Position numbers and translations under genes: made by a program. From the NCBI GenBank assembly GCA_020137815.1, contig CM035353.1, forward strand, positions 1,240,001-1,304,000: a stretch of DNA of 64,000 nt, in the 5' to 3' direction. This document shows positions 22,738 to 35,996 of the stretch, piece after piece. The notes beneath the pieces are model-generated. The model ran no database searches. It had not been told where the DNA came from and saw only the letters and a list, made by a program, of their open reading frames with translations. The DNA is from Hormiphora californensis. Taxonomy: Eukaryota; Animalia; Ctenophora. Position 1 is the first letter of the stretch, and the number at the start of each line of letters is the position of its first letter.

Positions 22738-24066
22738 ATATGTACCAGTGAGATCGAGGTTAGCGAAACAGAGAGGTAGCAAAGCTAGGGATAGTATAGG
22801 CCGACCGCTTTGACTCACTTAAATTAATTCCCCTCAACTATGATCAATGAAAATGAATCAAATTCTGGTATTCCCCGCCAAACTGGGCAAAGTGTCGATT
22901 AGGCACGATAGAGCTCAAATTGAAACAAATCCAGAATGCATTCTAACTCAAAGCTAAGAACAAAATGTAAAATGTAGTATGCTAGGGTCTTCAAATTTAC
23001 TTTTAGTTTATCCCACATTCTAGTAACCATGTCTCTATCAGTGCTGCTTGCAGTCAAAATACGGTAACGCAAAATACAGTAAGGAGACGCGCACGGTGCA
23101 TAACGCGCGGCAAAAAGTTCATGTGTCAGCACGTACTATAGCGCCCTTATTGGTCACGGTTGCGCGTCGTCTTACTGTATCTCCGTTTTCCATTACCGTT
23201 TTCCCACTACAAGCGACCGTGTATAACACCTGATCTATACTACTCCATCAATAACCACACGAACACTTTCGTCAACAACCGAATCTGCTTCTTCATTGAT
23301 AACCACATCGAATCTTTTATCAACTAGCGCACCCATTGGGTGCGCCTCAAGTAAGGGCCTTTGATAACCCACCCGGCTTCGCCGTGTGGCTCATTTCGCC
23401 ACTTTCAACGTCAATAACACGGTTGCTATGGCAATTGGTAACTATGGGGACTGGCATGTTAAAAGTCATTCGAAAATATTAACAAACTTCCACTGGAACT
23501 TCAGAAAGTGTGAAAAAAAGCTTTACAGCTTTCGTCATATGAAGTGTTTTATGAAGGAGCAGCCTGTCGCTTAGATACCGCCTAACGAACGACCACTTCG
23601 ACGTTCATCTCCAAATTATAATAGAGATAACCACGTCTGCTCCTTTATCAATAACCACGTCTGCTCCTTCATCAATAACTTGAATTGCTCTCGATGGAGC
23701 GGTTTTCGGGAGCGAACAGATGAAAAGAAGACACGTAATCCAGAATCTTCTTCTACATCTGATTCTTCATAGTTTTCCACATTTTCGTTGTTGTGATCAG
23801 TCAATTCATTTGCTGAATTTGATGAAAACTGTTTTAATTCGAATGTTTCGACTTGTTTGACCCTCACATGACGTGATTCTTTGTTAAAATACGAACGCAA
23901 AATATATTTCACTCCGAGTATAGCCACAGTTAGACATTCAACCAATGAGCTACCAAGGGCAGTAGACCACCAAATATTTTCACAGAGTCTACCGATTGCC
24001 ACGTTTCATCCCTACCAATACTAACACAGCCAATCAAAAGAAAAACTGAAAGCAGGACAATTTCAC

Positions 24067-24481
24067 CTGCCCAGGAGTCCCAGTGGCAGAACTCTCCATG
24101 GGGTGCTGCTCACGGAGCTGTCACTCTGTAAACAAAGGAGTGCTTCCTTCAGGTACGACTGTTTTCCCCCGTATCTTTAAGACAATGACGCCGATCAGCG
24201 ACGACTACAGACGGATAGGTCGGTACCGAGCCAGGCATCACAGAAATGATTGATGATGTGCACGACGCTCAATGTCCCCGTTTTGAAAATGTGCTCAGAT
24301 CAGGTCGCGGCGTGTCCACACTTATATTGCCAATAGTATTGGTTCCTCTGCGTCTGTCAGAACCGTTGCGATTGCTGATATTTCTCTTGCTGACTCCGAT
24401 ACCGTGTGTGAACGCTGTTTCTTCCAAACCCCAAAGTTTTCGATTGATCTCAATGAGATCTCGAAAAAACTTGAGGGCCAT
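24067..24481 (-). pseudogene. Possible decayed first coding exon
   Basis: caacaaATGG start, 70 codons, then TGA with the frame open beyond it. A MITE fragment at about 24145-24170 and a candidate cag|gtgaa donor at about 24066. No recognisable homology. Confidence 0.25.
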
Positions 24482-25496
24482 TTGTTGATTCGATGTAAAG
24501 CAAAGGAGTGAAAGTAACCTAAACTTCGGGTGGCGCGCGAGTTTTGCACGTGCGTGATTTTACCGCTCCTACTAGTTAGATCTGCTGGGAATTTGGCACG
24601 TGCAAACGCAGTGCGCGCGAAAGATAAGGCGTGTTCACCGCGTGTCGTTGTCATTTCTCTTGTACACCTGTCTTCTTTGTACTGCTGCAACCTGTAATGT
24701 TCATGATCTGAATTGTACAGTTCAATCAATTAGCGAACCTAAAACCACATTTTACCTAGGTACTCTATTTAATTCTCACCTTATGATATATGACATTTGC
24801 CTTGAATCATGTAAAATGATCAGGTTTAAGTGGATGGTTCGTTTGATGGAATTTGCTATCGCAAATGACAATTATGTAAAACCTTATTATTAGTGTGTTT
24901 GTATGTTCACAGCAACATCGAGACGTGGTATTTGTACATCTGATCGTCGTCCTATTAACCCCGCCCCTCATAGACTCATAGAGGGATATCATACGCTAAC
25001 TGCAGTAAGAGTCGTATGATTTCCCTCATAGTTGCGACACACACCCTTTTAGCGCGGTGAGACAAAGTCCAAAGAGTCGAGGTGGTTTGTGACGCTATAA
25101 TGGAAACTGTTCCTCCTAGACAATTGAGCCTTTTAGAGCATTTAATAGCATTCAAAAATTGATGGACTAAGTTCGAGAGTGCCTCTCCCGGGAGACAGAG
25201 ACAGAAATATATAGACGCCTTATAGACTCCTAGTTGTGGCATACGACTGCGCCTCAAATACCGCACTATAGCCTAGGGAGTACGTTTATATAGTGCTTCT
25301 TTCTTCTATGGTGCGTCTATACTGCTGCTTAGGAAAGTCCGTCTATACTGCGTGCGTCTATACTGCGTCTATAATGCGTCTATAGTACGTGGGTACTGCG
25401 ACTATAGTGCACCACCCGCAAATCGCTAATTGCCTTCCTCCTGGACAATTGAACCTTTTAGAGCATTGATGGACTAAGTTCGAGATTGCGAGGTAT

Positions 25497-25549
<53 letters not shown>

Positions 25550-25752
25550 AGTAGATCGAAGACTATGAGAAGAGTAGATCAGTAGAGATATTATAGGAGA
25601 TGAGAGAAGATACTAGAGCTATCATTTATTCTCCGATACTCTCCCTCACTTCCTCTCTCTCTAGACGCTCGCAGTATCTATCGCTCGCTCTATTTCCTCT
25701 CTATCTCTTCTCTTCTCTCTCCTCTCTTCCTCCTCTCTCTCTCCTCTTCTCT

Positions 25753-25784
<32 letters not shown>

Positions 25785-26119
25785 GCCTCTCTATCTCTCT
25801 CCTCCTCTTCTCTCTCTCTCGTCTCTCCTTCTTCGCTCTCTCTTTTCTCTCTCCTCTCCTCTCTCTTTTCGCCTCTCTCTCTCTTCTCGCCTCTCGCTGC
25901 TCCCTCTCCTCTTCTCTCTCTCTCGCTCTCCTCCTTTGTACTCCTTTGGCTCTCTCTCGTGAGGACTAGAGAGTCTCGGAGCCAGAATAGTGATTGGGAT
26001 GGAGAAATAGAGATATACCGTTTTGATTAATAGAACCTAGGTGGTGGTGGACTCTACACTCTCACTCTGTAGTCGCATTTCGATGAAGAAGTTAATTAGT
26101 CCAAATGAGTTTGCACTCT

Positions 26120-26268
26120 AAAATTAAGTCCAAAAACCAATTAAATTAATTAGTTTGGAATGCCCGGGCCCATGTGGTGTCACGGGGGTAACACCTTTAG
26201 GCTACTGCCATAACTAACGGCATATCTCGTTAATTATTAATTGTTATCCTTCAATCTTTCTATCTCTA

Positions 26269-26325
<57 letters not shown>

Positions 26326-26326
26326 C

Positions 26327-26369
<43 letters not shown>

Positions 26370-26374
26370 CTTTC

Positions 26375-26446
<72 letters not shown>

Positions 26447-26493
26447 TCTCTCTCTCTCTCTTTGTCCACCATTAAATTTTCCAGCCAGCCAGC

Positions 26494-26544
<51 letters not shown>

Positions 26545-27203
26545 ACTGTTTCTTTCACTCTTTTTTTTCTCTCCTCTTGTTTATCTCTCCGTCTTTCTTG
26601 ATTATATCTCTTCTTCTTCTTCTTCTGGGAGGACGCTGGCTAGTGCGAAGCACTAGCCAGTAAGGGGTGGGTGCCATGGGGCTCCCGTTCCCCGTCCTGG
26701 GTGGTGTGGCTGGTATGTTGCCAACTGCTTCGGCCCAAGGAGACTTGGGGAGCTGGTGCCATACCAGGTCACAGGGGAAACCTCCCTTTAAGGGTACACC
26801 TCGGCAAAACTTCCGTCGAGCGCCCGCCCAGCCCTCCATACGGGGCCGCAGGGCACACCAAGCCGACCTCAAATATGCAACTTCAGCCCCCAACTCGAAC
26901 TCACACTTCCGCTACAGCCCCCCAAAGTCCGACCCCAAAAATCGGTCCTCAAGGTCCCCAAATCCCATCCCTAGGGCTAGAAAGCCGAAAATTCAGAGAT
27001 TCACAGAGGACACCAAGGTGCACAGCCCAAACAGAAACCTCCCGAAATGATTATATCTCACTCTTTCTATCCTAATTTCCTTTGCCTTTTTCTCTCTCGA
27101 TATCCATCATTTATGATAGTAGCCTAAAGGTGTTACCCCCGTGACACCACATGGGCCCGGGCATTCCAAACTAATTAATTTAATTGGTTTTTGGACTTAA
27201 TTT
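26120..27203. mobile_element. Element with ~87-bp inverted repeats enclosing a CT microsatellite and a retro-insertion
   Basis: aaattaagtccaaaaacc...cacctttaggctact (about 26120-26207) is inverted at about 27117-27203. Confidence 0.7.
26611..27047 (-). mobile_element. Short retroposed insertion (SINE or LINE 3' end) with (GAA)n tail, 3' hairpin and 12-bp TSD
   Basis: TSD tgattatatctc at 26599-26610 and 27048-27059. (TTC)n at the left end. Hairpin ctggctagtgcgaagcactagccag at about 26636-26660. Confidence 0.7.
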
Positions 27204-27284
27204 ATGTTCTTTTTGGTGTTGAATAGAAAAAGCTATTTTTTCTGATTTCTGCATATTTTCGAACTTGAATAGTTTTTTGTCAGG

Positions 27285-28501
27285 GGGACGACCCCCCATA
27301 AATCGACTATTCTGCGCCGGAATATGTCCATGAAAACGTTCTAGGACTAGCCGAAGTGGAAATATTAAGAATATGCATTTAATCATGAATCGGTGCATAA
27401 ATATGCAAATGACGGCTTAACGGTGCCAGATAGAGATTTTTGTCCCGAGTAAGACCCCCCATAAATCGACTATTTTGCGTCGAAATATGTCCATGAAAAC
27501 GTTTTAGGATCAGCCGAACTGGAAATATTCAGAATATGCATTAAATCATGAATCGGTGCATAAATATGCAAATAACGGCTTAACGGTGCGAGATACGACT
27601 TTTTGTCCGGGGAACAACCCCCCATAAATCTACTATTTTGCGTCGAAATATGTCCATGAAAACGTTCTAGGACCAGCCGAAGTGAAAATATTGAAAATAT
27701 GCATAAAATCGTGAATAGGTGCATAAATATGCAAATAACGGCTTAACGGTGCGAGATAGAGATTTTTGTCCCGAGTAAGACCCCCCATAAATCGACGATT
27801 CCGCGTCGAATAAGACCGGTTTCAAAATTCTATGACCTTCGAGTCGTATCATATCGCGACCATGGTTTAAATGAATATTTAATGACTAATTAATGAATAA
27901 TCATACTACTTACTATTCAAATTGTCAGTGCTACATCACCTAGCAACTACACCTGCACGTGCAATTATTAGAGCAACTTAGAAACCTCACTCCCAGTTGC
28001 AGTTTTGGGTACTAAGGGAAATTAAATTCTGCACGTGCATTCTTTTACTTTTGTCCTGATGTCTAACTCTTCAACCCCAAGCGCTATTCGGCAACGGTCA
28101 TCTGGGTCCGGAAGATCTGCTGCTGTCAGAGAGCAGGCTAGAGAATATTACAGATTACGCCAACGTGTTCAAGCGAGCCAATCAACGACTACTGATAGCT
28201 TTACCCAACGTCGCCCAAGGGTGATTACTCCAATCGAATATAGAAATCTCTGAATTGGCTACATAGCGGCCAAGTTTTCACGTTGTGAGTTTCTGTAACA
28301 GCACTGTACCTCCCTGACATTGATTTTTTAAATTCGCACCTTGACATTGCCCAGAGCGTACAACAACATAGCGTAAAACAACGTAGTATAGGGAGAAAGT
28401 GAGAGATAGGCTAGGAACGGATGGTGCAGGTGATGTCAGCATTCCCTAATCCAGCTACCATTTCCCCGAAATTCGCCCGTAGGGCGAACGGGCCTACTAG
28501 T
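27285..28501 (+). mobile_element. Probable non-autonomous Helitron: ~163-bp tandem repeat x3, then hairpin and CTAG|T 3' end
   Basis: accccccataaatc unit starts at about 27291, 27454, 27618 and 27780. Hairpin at 28472-28488 and CTAG at 28497-28500. The 5' boundary is uncertain. Confidence 0.55.
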
Positions 28502-29107
28502 TAATGAACTATGGCGATTTCGAAGTTCTCACACAGCTATTACCGAGCGCAATGATGTAAGGAACCACTGTTCCAAACGGCAAGTCTCTACTATTTGTGG
28601 TTTAGGAGAACACTCAAAGATAAAAAAGCGTCCTCCCCCCCCCCCTCCCCCTCCCCTCCCCCTCCCCTCCCCCTCCTTACATTTTTGCATTTTGGGACCC
28701 CTCTGGCAAATTTTTACCTTACATCCGATCGTTCTGAAAATTTGCATGCCTCTTCTCCTATATGAGGGCCCTCAGAGTACAAAATTTCAGCTCTCTACTT
28801 CATCTGGAACATGCTTTTTTAAAGCATCAAAAACCCCGAAATCTGCAATGGTATATAGTAGCACTGGCAGGTTTTCACGCGCTTGTGTGTAGAAGTGTTG
28901 CGTGTGCTCTCTCTTTTGTTTTTTGAGTTAGAGGGTATTTCTAAGGTGGGGGCTCTGCCCCCACACCCCCGTTTATGGTGGGGGCTGTGCCCCCACACCC
29001 CCCTTTTGGGCCCGGGGCACTTGCCAGTGCTATGATAGGTGGACGAGATTTACCCACAACTCTGGCCTCTTCAACTCTGGATATATCTGGATATACTACA
29101 GCTGTAA

Positions 29108-29382
29108 TAGGGTGGGCCAGAAACATGGAGCCACTTTGAGATAACTTAAGGTGTCATGATACAGCTCTCTGATGTACAGTGTAATTTTCACGGTCTATTG
29201 ACTAGGAAAAGTGTTCCTTGAGGATTGCGATCGACAGATAGTCACCCTTTACTAACAATTATTAGCCTGTCAACTGACAGGGTAACACGTTGAAATGTGG
29301 ATCCGTACAATGAAAAGACGATTGTATTTTTCCAATTTTTATCTCCATTCTCCAAGTGGCTCCATGTTTCTGGCCCACCCTG
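29108..29382. mobile_element. Tc1/mariner-type MITE
   Basis: agggtgggccagaaacatggagccactt ... aagtggctccatgtttctggcccaccctg|TA. Confidence 0.75.
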
Positions 29383-29422
29383 TACAACTCTGGATACTAC
29401 AACTCTGGCTAGTGGATACTAC

Positions 29423-30556
29423 CACGGTGTCCCTTAAGGAGGTGAAACCTCGACTAGATAAAGTTTTTTGGAGACCGGACCTAGGTTACGTATTTTTGAC
29501 CGGGGAATCCGAAAAACATAAAATTAAAATCGAAAACGTAGCGGTTTTTGCGTAAAACGGCAAAAACTGTCATTTTTCAGCGATTTTCGACTTTTTACGC
29601 TTTCTAGAGATTTAAAAAATATTTCCTTACAAGATATGATCTTGTGCTTCTAGACTAATAAAATACAATCGATTTGCTGCAAATTGGTCCCGGGTTTGTG
29701 TGATTTGGTCAAAAGCTCTCTTTACTGTGGCCCATCAAAGATGGCCACTCTGCAAATACGTATTTGGCTCCTGACAATTTCAAACAAATTCTGTCCACAG
29801 GGGACTAAGTTGGTGCACTGGAGGTGAAATTTTATTCGTATTGCATTTTTAGACAGATTTACTGTTTTTCAGGGCTTTTAGAGGGTGTTTTCAAGGCAAA
29901 TATAAGCACTTTTATTTTGGCTATAGCTTCTAAACGAAATAAGTTAGACACTTCCCGTTTTTTGCATCACATTGGCATTTGTCTGAGCTTCATTTTCATG
30001 TATGAAGATGTATGTTTTTCGAAATCTTATCTGGATTAGGGTTTGTTGAAGTAGGTGTATTTCCAAAATCCACTGTACCAGTGTTTCAGCTGTAACTCCT
30101 CAACGCCTGCATGAAATAGAATGTCGAAAAAACCAGGTTGTTCGCCTTGAGAAGACGAAAATTTTGGTGTATAATAACTTTTATTTTGGTTTACATCTGC
30201 GGCCACAGGAGCCAAATACGTATTTGCAGAGTGGCCATCTTTGATGGGCCACAGTAAAGAGAGCTTTTGACCAAATCACACAAACCCGGGACCAATTTGC
30301 AGCAAATCGATTGTATTTTATTAGTCTAGAAGCACAAGATCATATCTTGTAAGGAAATATTTTTTAAATCTCTAGAAAGCGTAAAAAGTTGAAAATCGCT
30401 GAAAAATGACAGTTTTTGCCGTTTTACGCAAAAACCGCTACGTTTTCGATTTTAATTTTATGTTTTTCGGATTCCTCGGTCAAAAATACGTAACCTAGGT
30501 CCGGTCTCCAAAAAACTTTATCTAGTCGAGGTTTCACCTCCTTAAGGGACACCGTG
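29423..30556. mobile_element. Chapaev-like (CMC group) non-autonomous element, ~350-bp TIRs, 4-bp TSD
   Basis: CTAC|cacggtgtcccttaagg...ccttaagggacaccgtg|CTAC. Arms are near-identical. Confidence 0.85.
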
Positions 30557-30884
30557 CTACATCATTGTATTGGCTAGTAGCTGCACAGTTTTTCACAGCT
30601 GTGGCTATACTATAGTTTTGCAACTCTGGCTACCAATTAAAGACTCATTGTATTATGGACTGATTCGTCGACTCTATGACTCATTAGTTAGGTAGATATG
30701 TGTCGTACGAGGGTAGAGCAAAACAACTTTTAGTAGTATTATAGTAGCGATCCCTCTTTAGTAAGTAGACTTGAGATTGGATAAATTAGATTTCGGGGGT
30801 ACCACCCTCATACATGGCTATATTTTTAGTATCATTGTGTTAACATACGGCGTTATACTTCTTCTGTCAGCGGCATTTCATAGT

Positions 30885-31140
30885 ACCCAGAGTTGCACCC
30901 CTAGTAGCCAGAGTTGCACCCCTAGTAGCCAGAGTTGCACCCCTAGTAGCCAGAGTTGCACCCCTAGTAGCCAGAGTTGCACCCCTATAAGTAGCCAGAG
31001 TTGTAGTAGACAGAGTTGTAGTAGCCAGAGTTGTAGTAACCAGAGTTGTAGTAGCCAGAGTTGTAGTAGCCAGAGTTGTAGTAGCCAAAGTTGTAGTAGC
31101 CAGAGTTGTAGTAGCCAGAGTTGTAGTAGCCAGAGTTGCA
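30885..31140. repeat. Minisatellite: 21-mer ccagagttgcacccctagtag grading into 15-mer gccagagttgtagta
   Basis: Direct reading. The reverse-complement core caactctgg recurs at about 29058-29410 and 30621. Confidence 0.9.
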
Positions 31141-31184
31141 ATTGCCTGACCAGTGACCCTATAATTTGCTCTTCAATCAAGTAG

Positions 31185-31287
31185 ATGACAGTATCACGGC
31201 AATTGTCAGCGAGTCCCAATCTGGGAAGTTCCAAAAAGAAGCAACAGAAAGGATCGCCAGCCACCCCCTCGCTCACTACTAGAAAAG
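31185..31287 (+). CDS. Candidate first coding exon MTVSRQLSASPNLGSSKKKQQKGSPATPSLTTRK, phase-1 donor
   Basis: ATG-initiated, non-repetitive and coding-like, ending AAAG|GTATAT. Confidence 0.4.
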
Positions 31288-32946
31288 GTATATATCAGTT
31301 TCTCTGTAATTTACAATCAACCGATCCTCTTTACAGTGTAAACACTATAAGGAGGATCGCTTGATTGTTTATTAGCCGTATAATCAGTGAGGATTTTTTT
31401 GGTTTTCAGCTCCTTCCGGCTGTACAAAATGAGTGGATGGGTTCTAACTTCTAAACCCTAGATCACGACGAGTAACTAATTTCACTGTTCATCACGTCAT
31501 TTTGATTGTGTACAAAATATTTGGTGACGACCTTTTTTGCAAGAAAAATCTGCTCGATTTTTCCAGTGCAAGTTCCATATTTGGCCAAAAAAACCTCTTC
31601 ATTGCCACCTAAAACTGATTTCAAAAACAATTAGGGTCCCGCGGAGATAATTTTTCAAATATGAGTTCAGAATTTGGTGGGAGAATACCAAAATTTGGTA
31701 CATTATCATAAAGTGATTGAGGAGGTATTAATTTTTAATTTTTATCCTAAATTACGGATCTGTTACCCCTAGCGACCTTCACGCGCTAGAAAGGTAACTT
31801 GTTACCATGGTAACGAGGTTGAAACTCTTTCTTTAGGTTTAGCCTCCAAGACACTACGGCGAGCTGAGTCTGCCTCCTCTCTCCTCTTTTCAACGATACC
31901 TACTGTACTGAAAGGAACAGGTATTTGAGATGTTGTCGGGTGCAGAGCAGAGCAGGGAACCGTCCCAATCTGACTAATATTATGGGAGATTTGGGGATAT
32001 TAGATTTAACTTTAAGGGGGCTAGGGTATATAGCGCTGACAACACATATAATTGCATCATATTAAGTAAGTACAATGAACATTGGACAGCTGTGCAGCTA
32101 CATCATGTTACGATCGTAACATGACGCAGTAAATGAATTGCTGTACAGCTGTCCAAACGAACCTCTCGAGGTTCCATCTTGACTATGATATCATCCCCAT
32201 GAATTGAAGTCTCTATCTCTCGATCTCTCTCTCTATCTCCCTCTATCTCTCTCTATCTCTCTCTCCCTCTATCTCTGTATCTCTCCCTATCTCTCGCTGA
32301 TTGATGACGTGGCACACACATCAAATTAGTAAGTAGATGCCGCATACACCCTGCTTACGTCCCCCTACAAGATTGCATCAGATTATATGGATATAAAGTA
32401 CCTACCTATTTTACTTTGTTGCTAATCATAGCTACCCTAATATATATCTCAGTAATCAGTATCTATATTGATTTGTTTAACTACCCAACTAAGGGTAGAT
32501 ACGAATTCACCCTTTTATTGCATACAGTGAGCGGTTAAGGGTAATTTCATTACCAAGGGTAGATACTAGGTATATATCAATCTAGAAATGTTAATTTGCG
32601 GTATAGATCCACAGCATCTGGTTGGCGTGTTGGTTGAGTTGTGTAGCTCACACCGCACTCTGTGAGGGTTCGGAAGATCAAATTGGGACCGCAAATCAAC
32701 TGCTTGACTGTCAGCTCATCGTCTGTTGTACAGCGGATGATCAGTGCCATGTTTCTGCAGTAAAAATATATTAAACCATAATGAATCATGTGTGTTATCA
32801 TGCCCTACTATTTGAGGTACCTTTGCCACACTCACAGGCTATTACAGACAGGGGGATGGCAACCTTTGCGATTGCCAGCGCACTGATAACAGACAAGATG
32901 CCACTTTTGACTGATCACTTCTTCTTCTATTCATTTCCTTTATTGT

Positions 32947-32977
<31 letters not shown>

Positions 32978-33638
32978 TCAGATTGTTCTCATATTCTCTT
33001 CATTGTTGCAGCAGTCATTATTATACCTGCAATCATTGTAGATTTCGGGTGTAGATTTGGAGTGACAAGTCCCACGTGTTTACTGAAACAGTTGTAGTGC
33101 ATGCGACCGCGATACTAAATTTCCTACTCTCTGTGTAGCTGTCTCTCTGTCCCTTCATATCTCCTAGTGTCCACTGTTTGTGCAGCAGGGCGGGTACTGT
33201 TATTGTTTTGTGTGAACAGATCAGTTGAAACACAGCTGCTGATCTCTTCTAGGCACAACATTCAACTGCGTGCTGTACCTATAGCTCCTTTATTTCTACA
33301 CTTGGAACAGTGTACTAGCCAAAATATATCATCAATTAATAATTGATGATCAATTATATAATCTGTAGTGACTCGCAAACTCCATCTCGGTGACACAGTC
33401 ACCTCTCCACTATACCAGCCGCACGAATGAATCCCGCGAAGGGATCATGGCTTTCTCTCTCCCCGTCATCTGCCCTTGTTATGTTCTAACCCTCCCTTTA
33501 CATTTGTCTTTACACAGTCTTTACACAGTCTAGCCAGGCAACATCTGCCCTTAATTGAAAAGCAGTACTCGATGAATTCATAAACAATAAATTGACAAGA
33601 TGTCTCGCCCTATAAAACTGAAAACTGAAAAAGGTAAA

Positions 33639-33832
33639 GGGGGAAAACAGTCGTGCCTGAACCTCAGGTCCAGTGCACGGCTATTTTCCACTGAGACCTG
33701 AGATCTCAGGTTTCAGTGACGGCTATTGCCTTAAATTTCAGGGAATAGCCGTCACTGAAACCTGAGATCTCAGGTCTCAGTGGAAAATAGCCGTGCACTT
33801 GACCTGAGGTTCAGGCACGACTGTTTTCCCCC
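33639..33832. mobile_element. Near-perfect palindromic MITE (same family as 12387-12603)
   Basis: gggggaaaacagtcgtgcctgaacctcagg...cctgaggttcaggcacgactgttttccccc. Confidence 0.85.
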
Positions 33833-35996
33833 ATAGATAATTCTCTCTCTCTCTCTCTACTACTATAATACAGCTAGGTGCATTTTGAACCCATGTGCAC
33901 ATGTGCATGTAACCAATGTCATTTGCATTTTATGTTTGCACACCGTGTCAACTTTGGCACCCGCTCTTTCTAGTTACACACATTATATGTGTGTTTTAGA
34001 TGTACCTTGATCCCTGTCTTACGGTTCATGACTTACTCGACCCTTTGGCCACATTGATACCTGAGTGAGATCGACGACGCGCGCGACTGAGATCGATCTT
34101 ACATACAGGCCTCCGCTCCGTTATTGATTTTAGAGCAAACTTTTTCAAAGACCTGGCTGCAAGGAACTACTGAACCGATTTGCATCTCGTTTGTTGCCCC
34201 TGGCAGATAAAATTGTCTCTAGTTTTACGGAAAATACCCGCGAGTATCAGCATTTGAGGAATAGTGGGTAAAAATTGACGCTAAACATGAGCAATTCTTT
34301 AAAAATCTGGCTGCAAGCTCCTACTCGGTCCTGGAACAATCTGCGGTTACTTGGTGAATCGTCATGGCCTTGTGAGTATGGGAAAATACCCGCCGATTCA
34401 TCACGATGCGAAATGAGGCGATAGTTGACGTTTGATTAACAAGTAAGAAGAAATTATTAATCTGGTTTTTAAGCTCCAGCTCTTAGTTCCTAGTAGTGTC
34501 TATGTCTTTGTATCCTGGCCTCCCTCTCAACATTCAACTCGCCCTATATCTCACTTTACAATTATATCCCCCCTTTTCCCTAAAAACTTTTCCCCCCAAT
34601 TTTACTGTGTAATTTCCCTTTCATTGGACCCAATGGGGAGCCCCTTTGATCACTTTCCCCGACTTTTCGGGGTAGTTGGGGGGGTAAAGTAAAAGAAATA
34701 GAGGGGGAGGGAGGAGGGGAGGGGGGAATCAGAAAGAAAGGGAAGAGAGTTAGGGCCTTTCGGGGGAGAGAGAGCGGGGGAAAATCCGAGGGAGAGGGCA
34801 CCCCCGGGGGCTCCCCGCTCTGGGATAGTTTCCCCTCTCTTCTTTTCCTGGGCGCTCTCTTCGCTCCCCTTTTGGGGGGTTGGAAAATTTCCCCCTTCCT
34901 TCCTTTTTTTTCCATTAAATTTTTTCCCCCTTTTCCCTAGAAAAAAGAATACCATTTTTAAGGGGTTCCATTTTTCATATCATACTTTTTAATTTGCAAG
35001 CCCATTTTCCCCCCCCCCTTTCTTTTCCCCCCCCCTTTTTTTCTTCTCCCTTTGTCCCTTCATTATTTTTTTTTTTTTCTCTCCCCCTCTCCCCTTCTTT
35101 CTCTTTCTCTCCGTCGCTCTCTCCTCTCTTTTTCCCTCTCTTTCCTTTTTTCCTTTTCCCCTTAAAAGGGTTTTTGCAGCCCGTTTGTTGGGGCCCCTAC
35201 CTGATATTGTTTTGCTTGTGAAAACACACCTGCCAAGTGAAACCTTGTTTTTCCTCCCCGCTCAGACTGAAAGTGATTGAGTGAGAGAGGAGAGAGAATA
35301 AAGGGAGAAGGAGAAAGGAGGGACAGAGAGGGGAGAGGAGAACAAATAGAAAAGGGGGAAAAATGAGTAGTGGGGATGGGGGTTTTAAAATTAAAAGGGG
35401 TTAAGGGGAAAACCCTGACCTTATTTTTTCTAAAAACTATTCTGGGGATTTTTTTTTTCTTTTAAATTTTTAAACCTTTATTTTTCCATTTCCCTTTCAA
35501 AGGTTGCTTCTTTCTTAATTTTCCCTTTTTTTAAATTCAAACTCCCCCCGCCTCTCTCCCTCTCTCCTCCCTCTCTTTTCTCCCCTCCCCCTCTCTTTTA
35601 AAAATTCTGCCCGAAAAACTCTTCTCTTCCCCTCTCCCCCCTCTCGTCTCTCTCTCTCCCCCCGAAAAGCTATATTGCTTTTTGTATTTCCAAATCCAGC
35701 TTTCCCCGTTGTACTTTCCCAAAGGGCGTTTGGGCGGCCCCCCATTTTCCCTCACTTTTTTTTTTCCTTTCTACATTTTTCCCTCTCTTTTTTAAAATTA
35801 TTTTCGTCCCCCAAAACTATAATAGTTTAAAAAGCTGGGGAGGGGGGGGAAAAGTGTTTTTTATTAATTCTTTTAAATTTCAAAATTTCCTTTTTCTAAA
35901 TGGGGGGGATTTTAAAAAAGAGTCCCCCTCCGGGTACCCCTACGATATTTTTTTATTTATACAGATAGGGCGGGGCCGGGGTTTTTGATCAGAAAT

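Noticed and set aside
30771-31184. 137-aa ORF with a hydrophobic N-terminus and SSQSC repeats, resembling a Cys-rich secreted protein
   Set aside because: It starts at TTG, the repeat is open in several frames on both strands, and the same core is dispersed in non-coding form at 29.0-30.6 kb. Best explained as a minisatellite.
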